Shown here: positions 27,455-37,836 of the stretch, piece by piece
How positions within the stretch are numbered: position 1 is the first letter of the stretch
Layout of the letters: every line of letters starts with the position of its first letter
Assembly: GCA_029858305.1 (NCBI GenBank)
Contig: JAOUFI010000011.1
Coordinates: 1-52,345 of the forward strand
DNA length: 52,345 bases
Reading direction: 5' to 3'
Source of the DNA: Candidatus Thorarchaeota archaeon
GTDB lineage: Archaea; Asgardarchaeota; Thorarchaeia; Thorarchaeales; Thorarchaeaceae
Notes under the pieces: model-generated
The model's database searches: none
Told to the model about the DNA's origin: nothing
What the model saw: only the letters and a program-made list of their open reading frames with translations
Position numbers and translations under genes: made by a program

Positions 27455-28110
27455 GGCGGATACGCTCGATAACCCGATTCAATCACTCTCAGACTTAAGA
27501 GGAGCGCCTCTTCTCCCTTATTTTCGAGGATTCTCTCCATGTCTTTGTAGACATTTGGAAATTGCTTGCGAATGTAGTCTAAGAAGTCATCTCTTGAATC
27601 AGCCAGTGCCCTATGCATTGCTTCAATATGCTCTATGAGTGTTGGCTCTCCAATTCTTCTCTTCTTTTGTTTTCGTTCCGATATACCCTTCTCTAGAGAT
27701 TTGATAACACTCTCTGCGAGAGCTTTGGATTCACTGACTACTTTTTCACCCTTCGACCGGCTTCGATCCTTTTTCTCTGACATCTTTTCCCTTGCTTGCT
27801 CCAGGAATTCTTTGACCTCTTCAGGTGTCATGGCTGGCTCATCAATGTCCGTTTCGATTACTAGCCGTTTCCAAGCTCTCTTCCCTTGGAATTCCACTGG
27901 GACAACATACCCCTTCGCCTGCATGTTTTTCAAATGCTTTCGAAACATATCTTCTGTCATCAAAGATGTGGCTGCTGATAGTACTAAGAATTTCTGATAT
28001 AGAACGGCTTCAAAATCAATTATCGACCAACCAAAAGACCTTACTATCGCTATCTCAATCTCTCTATCAAGTTCATCCGATTGCATACCTAAAGACATCC
28101 ATAACCCCAC
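27448..28110 (-). CDS. Hypothetical protein, possible N-terminal winged-helix domain
   Basis: 220-aa charged ORF; FRKHLKNMQAKGYV...KRAWKR resembles a recognition helix plus wing (weak). Confidence 0.7.
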   Translation of the reverse strand: MGLWMSLGMQSDELDREIEIAIVRSFGWSIIDFEAVLYQKFLVLSAATSLMTEDMFRKHLKNMQAKGYVVPVEFQGKRAWKRLVIETDIDEPAMTPEEVKEFLEQAREKMSEKKDRSRSKGEKVVSESKALAESVIKSLEKGISERKQKKRRIGEPTLIEHIEAMHRALADSRDDFLDYIRKQFPNVYKDMERILENKGEEALLLSLRVIESGYRAYPPQ

Positions 28111-28315
28111 CGATGTCTCATGAATCTGTAGTTAACTAATGTTCAACGCATAAGAAGATTTGCGACACCGATTTTCCAACAGTGTTGATGCGAAATCGAA
28201 CAAGTTTTCTTTTTTTCCAAGTTAGAATGAGAAATCTGAATTAGCAAAGGAAGCAGAGTGTCAATGAGTGCAGATTGTCAACCCAACTCTCATTCACCCT
28301 GCTCTTCTTTGCTTT

Positions 28316-30781
28316 TTACACGCTCTTCTTCTTCATAAATATGACTGCGATTACAATTGCCACAGCAGCCACTCCGCCTATTCCAACTAGTAACAGAGGA
28401 TCGATGACAAAAGGTTCACCTTGGTCGGTAGTTGTGGTAGTTACAGGTTCGAGTGGGTCCGTAGTTATCATGAATGAATTTCCACCTATCTCGAACCGGC
28501 CTCCAAACATATCATATACCACACCGTACCATGATACGACCGTACCCTTCAGGTAGGGCCCAACAGTTGCTTCGATTGTGACAGTCTTGAAAACCATTGA
28601 TGTGTTCTGCCACCCATCACCAGCATTGAAGAAAAGTGTTCCAGAGGTGAAGTATCGGAAGTCCCCTCTATTGATTGGAAACATCCCAGTTACATTTGTC
28701 CCGGTATAGCCTACGGCAATCTCGGATGATAACCAACCTGCATATATCAATCCTCCCACACCAAAGAGCGTCGATTTGATGGAAACGGTTGAATTGAAAT
28801 TATGAAGATTGAAAGCTGTAAGAACATATCCTAGATCACCGCATTGTATGCTTTTATTCAGAAGAATTGAAGATCCTGAAGGTATTGTGACCATCTCATT
28901 AACAGTGTCAATTGTGACTTCTAGCATCCTAAAGACCGTTGTATTGAATTCCAATCCTTGACCTATATTATTCGTAATATTAAGTGATAGAGTATAGTTA
29001 TCTAATGGATCAAGAATGCGTGGTACTGGACTAGTAATCTCCAGAGTCAGTCCAAGAGCATCAGCTGTTTGTGCATCTAATGCAGCTCTCATAGCTCTTG
29101 TTGGGTTTGCCCGGCTTATTGCGATTTCAGCGTCCCTAAGGTACAAATCTGCCAACAGAGTCTGGTTATCTGATACAGAAACCAATTCGATAGCGTCTTT
29201 GGCATTAGCAATCTCTGTTTCTGCATCCACCATGAGCTCAAGGTATCTGTCAACCCATACTTTTTGTCCATAGATTACATTGCTCACAAAGTCTCTAATG
29301 ACAACACGTCTATTCAAGATGGCATCCACAACATCAGTGTCTGCAAGTCTTCCATCTGGCCCAGAAGGTGTATCGACAAAAACAATGTTTACTACCTTGC
29401 CAACAAATTCTGGGGAATGATCATCGCTGGCCGCATAGAACGGACGTGTGAACCCCTCATCCCAGAGGCCATGGGTATATCCAGAGTTATCTACTTCAAT
29501 TGCATCATACCCATATGTGTCCCATTTTGTGTATGCATCCATATATTGCTCGCCAATCGTCGGATGACATAGTGCGATCATGGCTCCCTGGGCATGTGCT
29601 CCAGCAATCATCTCGGCCTGAGTATATGCATAGATGTTTGTGGTCAGTGGAAATGCTAGGGAATGTTGCCCATGTGATAGCTCTGCCCCAATGAATAGTT
29701 CTATGTCAAGTCCATTGCTTTCAGTTATCTCTCGGCAAGCTAAAGCTCCTGCAATTCCTTCTTTTCCAGAAGGAGTTGAATCTTCGTAAACATGATCTGA
29801 TATTACCATGAAATCTAGTCCTCTTGTGTAGCCCGACCAGACCATTTCCATTGGAGTTCCTTGACCATCACTATATGTTGTATGATCATGAATAAGACCA
29901 GTGAATGAATCATAGTTGTCTAGCTCTGCCGGAGACAATGATGGCCCTGGTCCAATAGTGATAATTGCCATATCTGGGACTTCCACATGCCTGGGTGCAA
30001 TACCTGCAAACCAATCAAAGATATTCAATGAGAATTGCCAGAGATCGTCTTTCTCCACCTGCCAAGTAGTTGCCCATCTATATTGGAGAAATGATGCCAA
30101 GCATCCTACCGCAGCGACTTTACCCGACCCAGCTCCTGAAACAGCAGCCACGGGATTCCCCTGAAATTCGATGACAGTAGTTGCAGGACTTTCAACGGCT
30201 AGAGTACAGCCTTTTAATTTGTAATCTAAATTCGAGTGGATAGAGCTTACGTCTTGGGTTAGATGGTGTGGTGTCATAGTTTGTGCAATACCTAGCCAAC
30301 TATCCATATTGAAAGTGATACCATAGGTTTCCGAAACGGCATTAAGATTGACTGATGAAAAATGCCAAGTTGGTGAATTGTCAGTACCAATCAGCAATAA
30401 GTCGCCGCCTGCTTGCACAAAGTTGTGAACTGCTGTGACCTCTGCAGGAGTCAGTGCAACCATGGGAAATATGAGGATTAGAGCATCTACCCCACTTAAA
30501 ATACCAGAATCGAGTGCTTGGTCGAAATTCATCTCACAATCATATCCGTACTCTTCAAGTATCCATGCTAGATATGACGCATTTCCTGGTGTCATTGATG
30601 AGCTACCCAAAGCTGTATGGGCATCATCAAAAAGGATAGTATATCCTAGCTGACTAATAGTGTTCACATCTTGCTGAGCTACTTCAGAAGTAGTTGCGAT
30701 TGGTCTACTAACTAGCGTCATTGGCGATGCTAGGATTATCACTGATATGACTACAAGTACAAGTCTTACACTATCTCGCAT
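28316..30781 (-). CDS. Secreted, C-terminally anchored PHP-family metallophosphoesterase with an N-terminal GldG/DUF4350-like domain
   Basis: Signal peptide; ILFDDAH...FVQAGGDLLLIG domain; PHP motifs HDHTTYSDG, SDH, GAE, CHP, SDDH; Thr linker, TM helix, KKK tail. Confidence 0.85.
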   Translation of the reverse strand: MRDSVRLVLVVISVIILASPMTLVSRPIATTSEVAQQDVNTISQLGYTILFDDAHTALGSSSMTPGNASYLAWILEEYGYDCEMNFDQALDSGILSGVDALILIFPMVALTPAEVTAVHNFVQAGGDLLLIGTDNSPTWHFSSVNLNAVSETYGITFNMDSWLGIAQTMTPHHLTQDVSSIHSNLDYKLKGCTLAVESPATTVIEFQGNPVAAVSGAGSGKVAAVGCLASFLQYRWATTWQVEKDDLWQFSLNIFDWFAGIAPRHVEVPDMAIITIGPGPSLSPAELDNYDSFTGLIHDHTTYSDGQGTPMEMVWSGYTRGLDFMVISDHVYEDSTPSGKEGIAGALACREITESNGLDIELFIGAELSHGQHSLAFPLTTNIYAYTQAEMIAGAHAQGAMIALCHPTIGEQYMDAYTKWDTYGYDAIEVDNSGYTHGLWDEGFTRPFYAASDDHSPEFVGKVVNIVFVDTPSGPDGRLADTDVVDAILNRRVVIRDFVSNVIYGQKVWVDRYLELMVDAETEIANAKDAIELVSVSDNQTLLADLYLRDAEIAISRANPTRAMRAALDAQTADALGLTLEITSPVPRILDPLDNYTLSLNITNNIGQGLEFNTTVFRMLEVTIDTVNEMVTIPSGSSILLNKSIQCGDLGYVLTAFNLHNFNSTVSIKSTLFGVGGLIYAGWLSSEIAVGYTGTNVTGMFPINRGDFRYFTSGTLFFNAGDGWQNTSMVFKTVTIEATVGPYLKGTVVSWYGVVYDMFGGRFEIGGNSFMITTDPLEPVTTTTTDQGEPFVIDPLLLVGIGGVAAVAIVIAVIFMKKKSV

Positions 30782-30936
30782 TCTCTCACCGGCTTTCAGG
30801 ATTGAGTCGCTAGAGTAGCTGCGGTAATAAATCTGTCTTCTTACAAATGAACGTTAAATCTAAGAAATCAATTCCAATATGAATTCGAGTTGTAAATCGA
30901 ATTGAAATAAAAAAAAAGAGGGGGAGGTAGATTGCT

Positions 30937-32811
30937 CTACCTTCTCTTTAGAACTACAACAAGAATGATAACAACAAGAACCACGCCAGCGATTCCAATC
31001 AGGAGCAGAGGATCGATAGTGAAACCTGGTTGTGTTGGAGCCCATGGGTTCATTGCGTATGCCATACCAAACTCGAATGTCTGATATACAAAGTCGTCGC
31101 CAGTCAGTGGAACGGTGTAGTATTCTGTTGTGGTCATTGGTTGGTAATCACCGTATGGCGATGCACCAGATACAACAATAACACCTGTACCTGCTTCACC
31201 TGCTTTGATTTCCAGGGTAACAGCAACGAACTTGCCTTCTTCACCATCAAGGTGAGCCAATGGTGGTACTAGGTCAGAGTCAGTGATAGTGGCTGATCCT
31301 CCGTAGTAAACGAGTGGGTAGACGTTCTCGATGGTTGTGTTCTCAAGTGCAACAACACCCTCACCCACTGAACCAGTAGTACTTCCATAGAGTGAGGTTG
31401 GACCATGCATGAGTACTGCATCAACTCCGTCAACGATATCTGCGACAAATGGATTTGTGCTCGTACCGTTAGCAACAACTCGGTATGAGGCGTTGCAGTT
31501 GGAGTAGGCATCACTGATTGATAATGCCTCTGGATAGACATGTGAACCAACAGCATCGAGTATCAATGATGCATTGTTGTTAATGTAGGCATAACCAGCG
31601 TAGTCCGAGTCTGATCCGACCCAGAGGAACTTGTTTCCTTTGTTAAACCACCCTGCAACATCAGAAATCTCATCAGGTGTGAATCCATTTGTAGTGCCAT
31701 AGATAGCACCGATGACGAGACCTCTTGCACGCTTAAGTAGAGTGTCATTAAGACCACCCCATGCCCAAACAACTTGGTAGCCCATACCATTCAGATTGGT
31801 TTCTAGTAATGCATCCTCAGCTGCAAAGATGGTGTCTTTGTATTGACCATGACCCATATCAAAGACAATCAAGGCTCCTGTGGCTATTTCCATTCCGACA
31901 TCAAATGCTTGGTAGACAAGGTTGTAACCATTCAGTGGAACGGTGTAGTATTCTGCTGTTGTCATTGGTTGGTAGTCACCGTATGGTGATGCACCAGATA
32001 CAACAATAACACCAGTTTCATCATCTCCAGCATTTACTTCAATGGATACAGCAACGAACTTGCCTTCTTCACCATCATTGTGAGCCAATGGTGGTACTAG
32101 GTCAGAGTCAGTGATAGTGGCTGATCCTCCGTAGTAAACGAGTGGGTAGACGTTCTCGATGGTTGTGTTCTCAAGTGCAACAACACCAGTACCCTGTGTA
32201 CCAGTAGTGCTTCCATAGAGTGAGGTTGGACCATGCATGAGTACTGCATCCACGTCCTTTACTATATCAGCTACATATGGATCGGTGCTTGTACCGTTTG
32301 CAACAACTCGGTATGAGGCGTTGCAGTTGGAGTAGGCATCACTGATTGATAATGCCTCAGGATAGACATGTGAGCCAACAGCCTCAAGGACCATTGAAGC
32401 ATTATTGTTAATGTAGGCATAACCAGCATAGTCTGAGTCTGATCCGACCCAGAGGAACTTATTACCAGCATTGAACCAATCGTCAATAGCAGTCACTTCT
32501 GCAGTTGTAAAGCCGTTTGTGGTTCCATAAATGGCACCTAGAACGAGTCCTGTAGCATCCTCAAGAATGGTATCATTGATACCACCCCATGCCCAGATTA
32601 CATTAAAGCCCATCGTTGTCAGGTTTGCTTCCAACATAGCATCTTCAGCTGCAAAGATAGTGTCTTTGTACTGACCATGACTCATATCAAAAACAATAGT
32701 TGGTGTGATAAGGTCAGGTGCAGCCGCTGCCCTTGTTGGAACAATACCGACGCTGATGAAATAGGGTGCGAAAAGAGCAGCAATGATTAACATTGTTGTT
32801 ATTTTCCGCAT
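30937..32811 (-). CDS. Cell-surface protein with two tandem ~276-aa GldG/GATase-like domains and a C-terminal anchor
   Basis: Signal peptide MRKITTMLII (ATG at 32811); duplicated IVFDMxHGQY...SGASPYGDYQP domains; PGF-TM-KRR tail. Confidence 0.85.
   Translation of the reverse strand: MRKITTMLIIAALFAPYFISVGIVPTRAAAAPDLITPTIVFDMSHGQYKDTIFAAEDAMLEANLTTMGFNVIWAWGGINDTILEDATGLVLGAIYGTTNGFTTAEVTAIDDWFNAGNKFLWVGSDSDYAGYAYINNNASMVLEAVGSHVYPEALSISDAYSNCNASYRVVANGTSTDPYVADIVKDVDAVLMHGPTSLYGSTTGTQGTGVVALENTTIENVYPLVYYGGSATITDSDLVPPLAHNDGEEGKFVAVSIEVNAGDDETGVIVVSGASPYGDYQPMTTAEYYTVPLNGYNLVYQAFDVGMEIATGALIVFDMGHGQYKDTIFAAEDALLETNLNGMGYQVVWAWGGLNDTLLKRARGLVIGAIYGTTNGFTPDEISDVAGWFNKGNKFLWVGSDSDYAGYAYINNNASLILDAVGSHVYPEALSISDAYSNCNASYRVVANGTSTNPFVADIVDGVDAVLMHGPTSLYGSTTGSVGEGVVALENTTIENVYPLVYYGGSATITDSDLVPPLAHLDGEEGKFVAVTLEIKAGEAGTGVIVVSGASPYGDYQPMTTTEYYTVPLTGDDFVYQTFEFGMAYAMNPWAPTQPGFTIDPLLLIGIAGVVLVVIILVVVLKRR
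31075..32700. repeat. Intragenic tandem duplication, period 828 bp
   Basis: 31252-31359 is identical to 32080-32187 (108 bp); further near-identical blocks occur at the same offset. Outer boundaries are approximate. Confidence 0.95.
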
Positions 32812-33176
32812 GCGTAAATCTGTTCTCAACTTGAATTTATCCTCCTTCAATACAATTGCACGAATGCAATTGAGAAGACATGAGTTTCCTAGGTGTAGAG
32901 TATTTAGACTTTTAGGCTCGTTTTAATATTAATATCAATCAATCTTTTGCTTTAATATATACAACTATCCATCTAACAGATTATCTATATATTTGACAAA
33001 TGATATCAGAATTTCTATAAATTTAATCACTTTCAACATGTCGTATCAGAAGGTTTTCCTGTGACAAAGCTTTAATATCCGCCAAAAGTCTGTCGAATCT
33101 TAGCGGACATTAACAAGAGATTTGAAAAGGCACCATGTATATTATGGGAGCTGATTCAAAGTTCAATTCAATATAG

Positions 33177-34613
33177 GTGATCCTGATGACCACGGGAGAA
33201 TTTGAAACCGGAAGAAACATGACACAAATCATTGTCGCTATTGCAATAATCGGTATTGTTGGAGTTGCTGGAGTCGTCATAATCCTCAATCCTTTTGGAG
33301 GCACCGAACCTGGTCAAACTCTCACTGTTTTGACAAGACATGACGTAGCAATTATGACTGCCTATGAAACAGCTTTTCTAGCTTCGGATATTGCAGCTGA
33401 ATATCATATCACGGATATTGTTTGGAAATCTCAGGATGGTGGTTTCTGGGATGATGTAATTGCTGCTGGAGGAGTCGATGTCCTATGGGGTGGCGGTCCA
33501 ACATTATTCGATCAGATGCAGCGTGATGGAAATCTAGAAGCTCTAAATAGCACGAAAATGCTAGAAATACTTGATAGAGTTCCGGATGAGATTGCCGGTG
33601 CGGATATGAAACGTGAGGATGCAAATAGTGATGTCGTCTGGGTAGCTGCAGCGATTTCAACATTCGGATTTACAGTAAATCATGCATTCCTAGATGCAAA
33701 CAGTCTACCCACACCAAATAACTGGACACACCTTGCTCAGCCACTATGGGGTAGTCTTTTGCCTACAGCAACCATTGCGATGGGTAATGCTCCTAAGACA
33801 ACATCAAACACTAGAATCTACGAAATCATCACTCAAGGTATGGGCTGGACCAATGGCTGGATAACACTTGCTAGAATGGCTGGGAGTGCTCGTCTATATC
33901 AGGGCTCTGTGGAAACACAAGCTGCTGTTGAAAATCAGGAGGTTGGAGTTGCTATGTCAATCGACTTCTACGGCTACTCTACACAAGCCAATAATCCTGA
34001 CTGCGAGTATATCTTACCTGAGAATGAATCTATCGTCAATGGTGATCCTATTGCCATTGTAAAAGACACTCCTAAGATGGCACTCGCTGAAGCCTTCCTA
34101 GACTACGTATTGTCAGCTGAAGGTCAAGCAGTCTGGTTCACCCCAGGTGTCAACCGAATGCCAGTTCTGGAGTCTGCATTCCAAACCCCTGTCGGACTTA
34201 CCAAAGCAGACCTTTACGAGTTCTTCAATCAAACCAAGTCGAATGTTGGTGTTGATTTCAATGATACTTTATCACTCGAAATTAACACTGCTTTTACAGC
34301 CTACTTCGAGGCTGTTTTCAATGATGCCCACGACAATCTAGTACTGTGTTGGGATGCTCTGGTAACTGCATATTTTGACACTCACATTACACTGGAGCAA
34401 CTGAATACATGGGCTATTATGATGGGGACACCTGTGAATGCTACCTATGAATCAACATCGAGACAATTCACAGTAGATTTCGCGAGAGTAATCAATAACG
34501 ACATGATTTACGATAGTGGCTTTTACTATGATATGCAGACTGCTTGGACTGCAGCTGCAAATGCACAGTATTTAGCAACACTAGCCGATCTCAATGCATT
34601 TCTATCAGCATAA
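33177..34613 (+). CDS. ABC transporter substrate-binding protein (AfuA/PgtC-like Fe3+/sugar-phosphate class)
   Basis: N-terminal TM anchor, DVLWGGG, IDFYG, NGDPIAI, FLDYVLSAEGQ, NRMP. The true start may be 33186 or 33219. Confidence 0.9.
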   Translation: MILMTTGEFETGRNMTQIIVAIAIIGIVGVAGVVIILNPFGGTEPGQTLTVLTRHDVAIMTAYETAFLASDIAAEYHITDIVWKSQDGGFWDDVIAAGGVDVLWGGGPTLFDQMQRDGNLEALNSTKMLEILDRVPDEIAGADMKREDANSDVVWVAAAISTFGFTVNHAFLDANSLPTPNNWTHLAQPLWGSLLPTATIAMGNAPKTTSNTRIYEIITQGMGWTNGWITLARMAGSARLYQGSVETQAAVENQEVGVAMSIDFYGYSTQANNPDCEYILPENESIVNGDPIAIVKDTPKMALAEAFLDYVLSAEGQAVWFTPGVNRMPVLESAFQTPVGLTKADLYEFFNQTKSNVGVDFNDTLSLEINTAFTAYFEAVFNDAHDNLVLCWDALVTAYFDTHITLEQLNTWAIMMGTPVNATYESTSRQFTVDFARVINNDMIYDSGFYYDMQTAWTAAANAQYLATLADLNAFLSA

Positions 34614-34635
34614 ATGACCTAAAGAGTATAGGGAT

Positions 34636-36684
34636 GTGTCTATTGTGGAAACGAGCACCATAGAAGAACAAATCGAGTTACAAGATTTGGACCTTGAGGA
34701 AGCTGGTTTTCCATTATCTGACATCCCTATACAGATTCTTTTTGCCTTATGGGGTGGTATCCTTTGGATTCTCAATAAGCTCTATTCACTTTTTAGATGG
34801 TTCTTCGATAAACTTCAGCGAATCTATAGCTTTTTCAGAAGTCCCGGTCAGAATACGAGAATTCTTACTGTTCGTTTCCGAGCTGCTGCTGAACAACTAT
34901 TGCATGAAATGGACCGACTGAGCTGGATTCAACTAATAGCAATAATAGTAGTCTTCGGCTTGTTCCTTATTGCCCCACTAGCAAGTGTAGTTACGGGATC
35001 TTTTATTACAGAATCTGGTGTTTCGTTGGACTTAATCATTCAACTATTCAGTAATCCTGCATACGTACCGCAGTGGCAACCGAGTAATTTCAATTGGATT
35101 CGTCCTACTGGAGCAGGCAATGTTGAGATTTGGGGAATAGATCTTGGAGTGATTCTGAACTCTGTCTATGTTGCGGTCGCAGTGACTATAATATCAGTTA
35201 TCCTTGGAACAACTTTTGCATTTATAATCGCAAGGTACGAGTTCCCCGGAAAAGGGATTCTACGAACACTTCTTCTATTTCCAATGCTATCAACTCCATT
35301 CATTGGAGCAATAGGTATCAAATGGTTCCTTAATGCTAATGGATTTCTCAATAACTGGGCAGATGCAATCTTTGGAGTCTTTGGATTAGAATGGACAAGA
35401 TTCGAATTTCACGGATTAATGGCAATCATCATTGTTCAAGGATTTTCGCTGTTTTCGCTTGTCTATCTGAATGCATATTCATCCTTCATGAGTATAGATC
35501 CCTCTTTAGAGGAACAGGCTGAGAATCTAGGCGCAACTGGTTTTCGGCTATTTCGATCAGTCACCTTACCTCTTGCAATGCCCGGAATTCAAGCTGGTGC
35601 AATTCTCACTTTTATTCTGAGCATAGAAGATTTGGGCACTCCTATTGTCTATGCTGAAGACCTACAAGCTCAGAAGGTTCTAGCATTCCAAGTCTATGAT
35701 AGTATTGTGGGCGAATCCGGAAGTATCGATCCGCTTGGCCCCGCGATAGGAATGATACTCCTCGTCTTTGCACTTAGTGGTTTCTTTGCAATTCGAAAGT
35801 ATGCGTCACTTAGAAGCTATGCTTCAGGTAGCAAGGGTGGACAGTGGAATCCACGTACAAGAACTCTACGCAGAAAGACCACGATCTTGATGTACTTGAT
35901 TATCATTCCTGTACTGCTCTTTGCGTTGATTCCGCAAATTAGTGTTGTTTTGTTATCCGTGGTTCAATATCGTTCAAGTGCTCTCTTTCCACCATTAACA
36001 TTGGAGAACTATGGTATCTTGTGGAATCAGGATATTCAGAATGCCATTCTTAACACCTTAAAATATGCAGGAGTTGCCACATTCGGAATTGTTCTTCTAG
36101 GTGTTTCTGCCGCTTATATCATATCTAGACGTAACATTCCTGGACGAACTGCTATCGATATGCTCGTCACATCGCCAATTGCCCTTCCAGGAATTGTCAT
36201 CGCTACAGGATATTTCACACTCTTTTATAACACACCATTCTTCCCGATGGGTGCGCCTGCATTTATCATTACAATGTCCTACATGGTTCGGAAGTTCCCA
36301 TTTACCGTGAGGGCTGCCTATGCGGGATTGCAGCAAACGCCAATCGCCTTAGAAGAGGCATCACTCAATGTGGGTGCTAGTCGGAATAAAACATTCAGTA
36401 GCATTGTTGTTCCGTTAATTGGTGTAAGTGTGCTTGCTGGGGCACTTTTATCCTTCGTCTACTGTGTGAGTGAAGTCAGCACTAGTCTACTACTTGGCGG
36501 TGCAAATTACAATGAAGCTCCTCTTACGTACTGGATTCGTGATGTAAATCAGGGTCTCCCTCCCATATTCGGGGCAGGTCCGGCAGCTGCACTTGGTGTT
36601 ATAATGATGGCTTTACAGATGATTGTGATAACCCTGACGAACGCGGTTCTAAAGACAAGAGCATCTGCTATGACAGGTATCTAG
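34636..36684 (+). CDS. ABC transporter permease (two fused TM domains, FbpB/AfuB-like)
   Basis: Two EAA loops: LEEQAENLGA and LEEASLNVGA. Confidence 0.93.
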   Translation: MSIVETSTIEEQIELQDLDLEEAGFPLSDIPIQILFALWGGILWILNKLYSLFRWFFDKLQRIYSFFRSPGQNTRILTVRFRAAAEQLLHEMDRLSWIQLIAIIVVFGLFLIAPLASVVTGSFITESGVSLDLIIQLFSNPAYVPQWQPSNFNWIRPTGAGNVEIWGIDLGVILNSVYVAVAVTIISVILGTTFAFIIARYEFPGKGILRTLLLFPMLSTPFIGAIGIKWFLNANGFLNNWADAIFGVFGLEWTRFEFHGLMAIIIVQGFSLFSLVYLNAYSSFMSIDPSLEEQAENLGATGFRLFRSVTLPLAMPGIQAGAILTFILSIEDLGTPIVYAEDLQAQKVLAFQVYDSIVGESGSIDPLGPAIGMILLVFALSGFFAIRKYASLRSYASGSKGGQWNPRTRTLRRKTTILMYLIIIPVLLFALIPQISVVLLSVVQYRSSALFPPLTLENYGILWNQDIQNAILNTLKYAGVATFGIVLLGVSAAYIISRRNIPGRTAIDMLVTSPIALPGIVIATGYFTLFYNTPFFPMGAPAFIITMSYMVRKFPFTVRAAYAGLQQTPIALEEASLNVGASRNKTFSSIVVPLIGVSVLAGALLSFVYCVSEVSTSLLLGGANYNEAPLTYWIRDVNQGLPPIFGAGPAAALGVIMMALQMIVITLTNAVLKTRASAMTGI

Positions 36685-37836
36685 GTGAATAAAGAAATGG
36701 TAACGATCACGCTCAAAAACTTGCGAAAGACTTTCGGAGATGTTATAGCTACTGATGATGTCAATATGGTTCTGGAAGATGGCAAGCTATCAACACTTCT
36801 CGGACCATCAGGGTGCGGCAAGACCACACTTTTGCGCTTGATTGCTGGTTTTTATGTACCTGATCGAGGAGAGATTTTCTTTGATGATCGTAACGTCACC
36901 GATCTTCCTCCTAACAAGCGAAAGACTGGTATGTGTTTCCAATCCTATGCATTATGGCCGCACATGACTGTGTTTGATAACATTGCATATGGTCTCAAAA
37001 TTAAACGCGTTCAAGGTCAGCGATACACTAAGAACGCAATCCACAAACGTGTACATGATTCACTTGAACTTGTACAAATGAGTGGACTTGGGGAGCGTAC
37101 TCCACACCAATTGTCTGGTGGACAGCAACAACGTGTGGCTCTTGCAAGAGCTCTGGTCATTGAACCTGATGTTCTCCTTCTTGACGAACCATTGTCTAAC
37201 CTAGATGCAAAATTAAGACATGAGATGCGTGAGGAGATACTCCGAATCCAAAGCGAACTTGGAATCACTACAGTATATGTCACTCATGACCAGATTGAAG
37301 CTTTGAGTATCTCGGATATGGTCGCAGTTATGGACGAGGGGTATGTCCAACAATATGCGCCGCCTCGAGAGATTTATGACAGCCCACAAACACTGTTTGT
37401 GGCTGATTTCATTGGCAAGTGTACGTTTCTTGACGGAGAGATTTCTGCTATAGGCGATAAGCTCAGTGTACGTCTCCCTGATGGTCAGATAGTCAAAGGA
37501 ATCTCACCACTGTCAGGTTATCCATTCGAAATCAATGAGCCAGTGCGTTGTGCTGTTAGACCTGAGGATCTTCATAATAATGCAACAAGCTCGGAGGATA
37601 ATTTAATTTCGGGCATTGTAAAACAAGTCATTTTTGTCGGTAGCAATATCGAAGTTCACTTTAATGTGGGTGAAGTATCTGCAACATCATTATTACCTCC
37701 TGAGGCTAAATTGGAGCCCAACTCCCTCGTGAAGCTCTATGCTCCTCCATCACAAATGATGGTGCTTCCTATGGGTGGCGTTGATGCACTAAGAAAAATA
37801 CCTGGTCATCCACTTTACGCCAGTACGGAAACCTAG
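36685..37836 (+). CDS. ABC transporter ATP-binding protein with a TOBE domain
   Basis: GPSGCGKT, LSGGQQQR, LLLDEPLSNLD, VTHDQ. Confidence 0.96.
   Translation: MNKEMVTITLKNLRKTFGDVIATDDVNMVLEDGKLSTLLGPSGCGKTTLLRLIAGFYVPDRGEIFFDDRNVTDLPPNKRKTGMCFQSYALWPHMTVFDNIAYGLKIKRVQGQRYTKNAIHKRVHDSLELVQMSGLGERTPHQLSGGQQQRVALARALVIEPDVLLLDEPLSNLDAKLRHEMREEILRIQSELGITTVYVTHDQIEALSISDMVAVMDEGYVQQYAPPREIYDSPQTLFVADFIGKCTFLDGEISAIGDKLSVRLPDGQIVKGISPLSGYPFEINEPVRCAVRPEDLHNNATSSEDNLISGIVKQVIFVGSNIEVHFNVGEVSATSLLPPEAKLEPNSLVKLYAPPSQMMVLPMGGVDALRKIPGHPLYASTET

Noticed and set aside
28244-28313. Long imperfect inverted repeat (GCAAAGGA...TTCTTTGC) just past the PHP gene stop
   Set aside because: Most simply a 3' UTR hairpin; no promoter or second copy supports an independent element.
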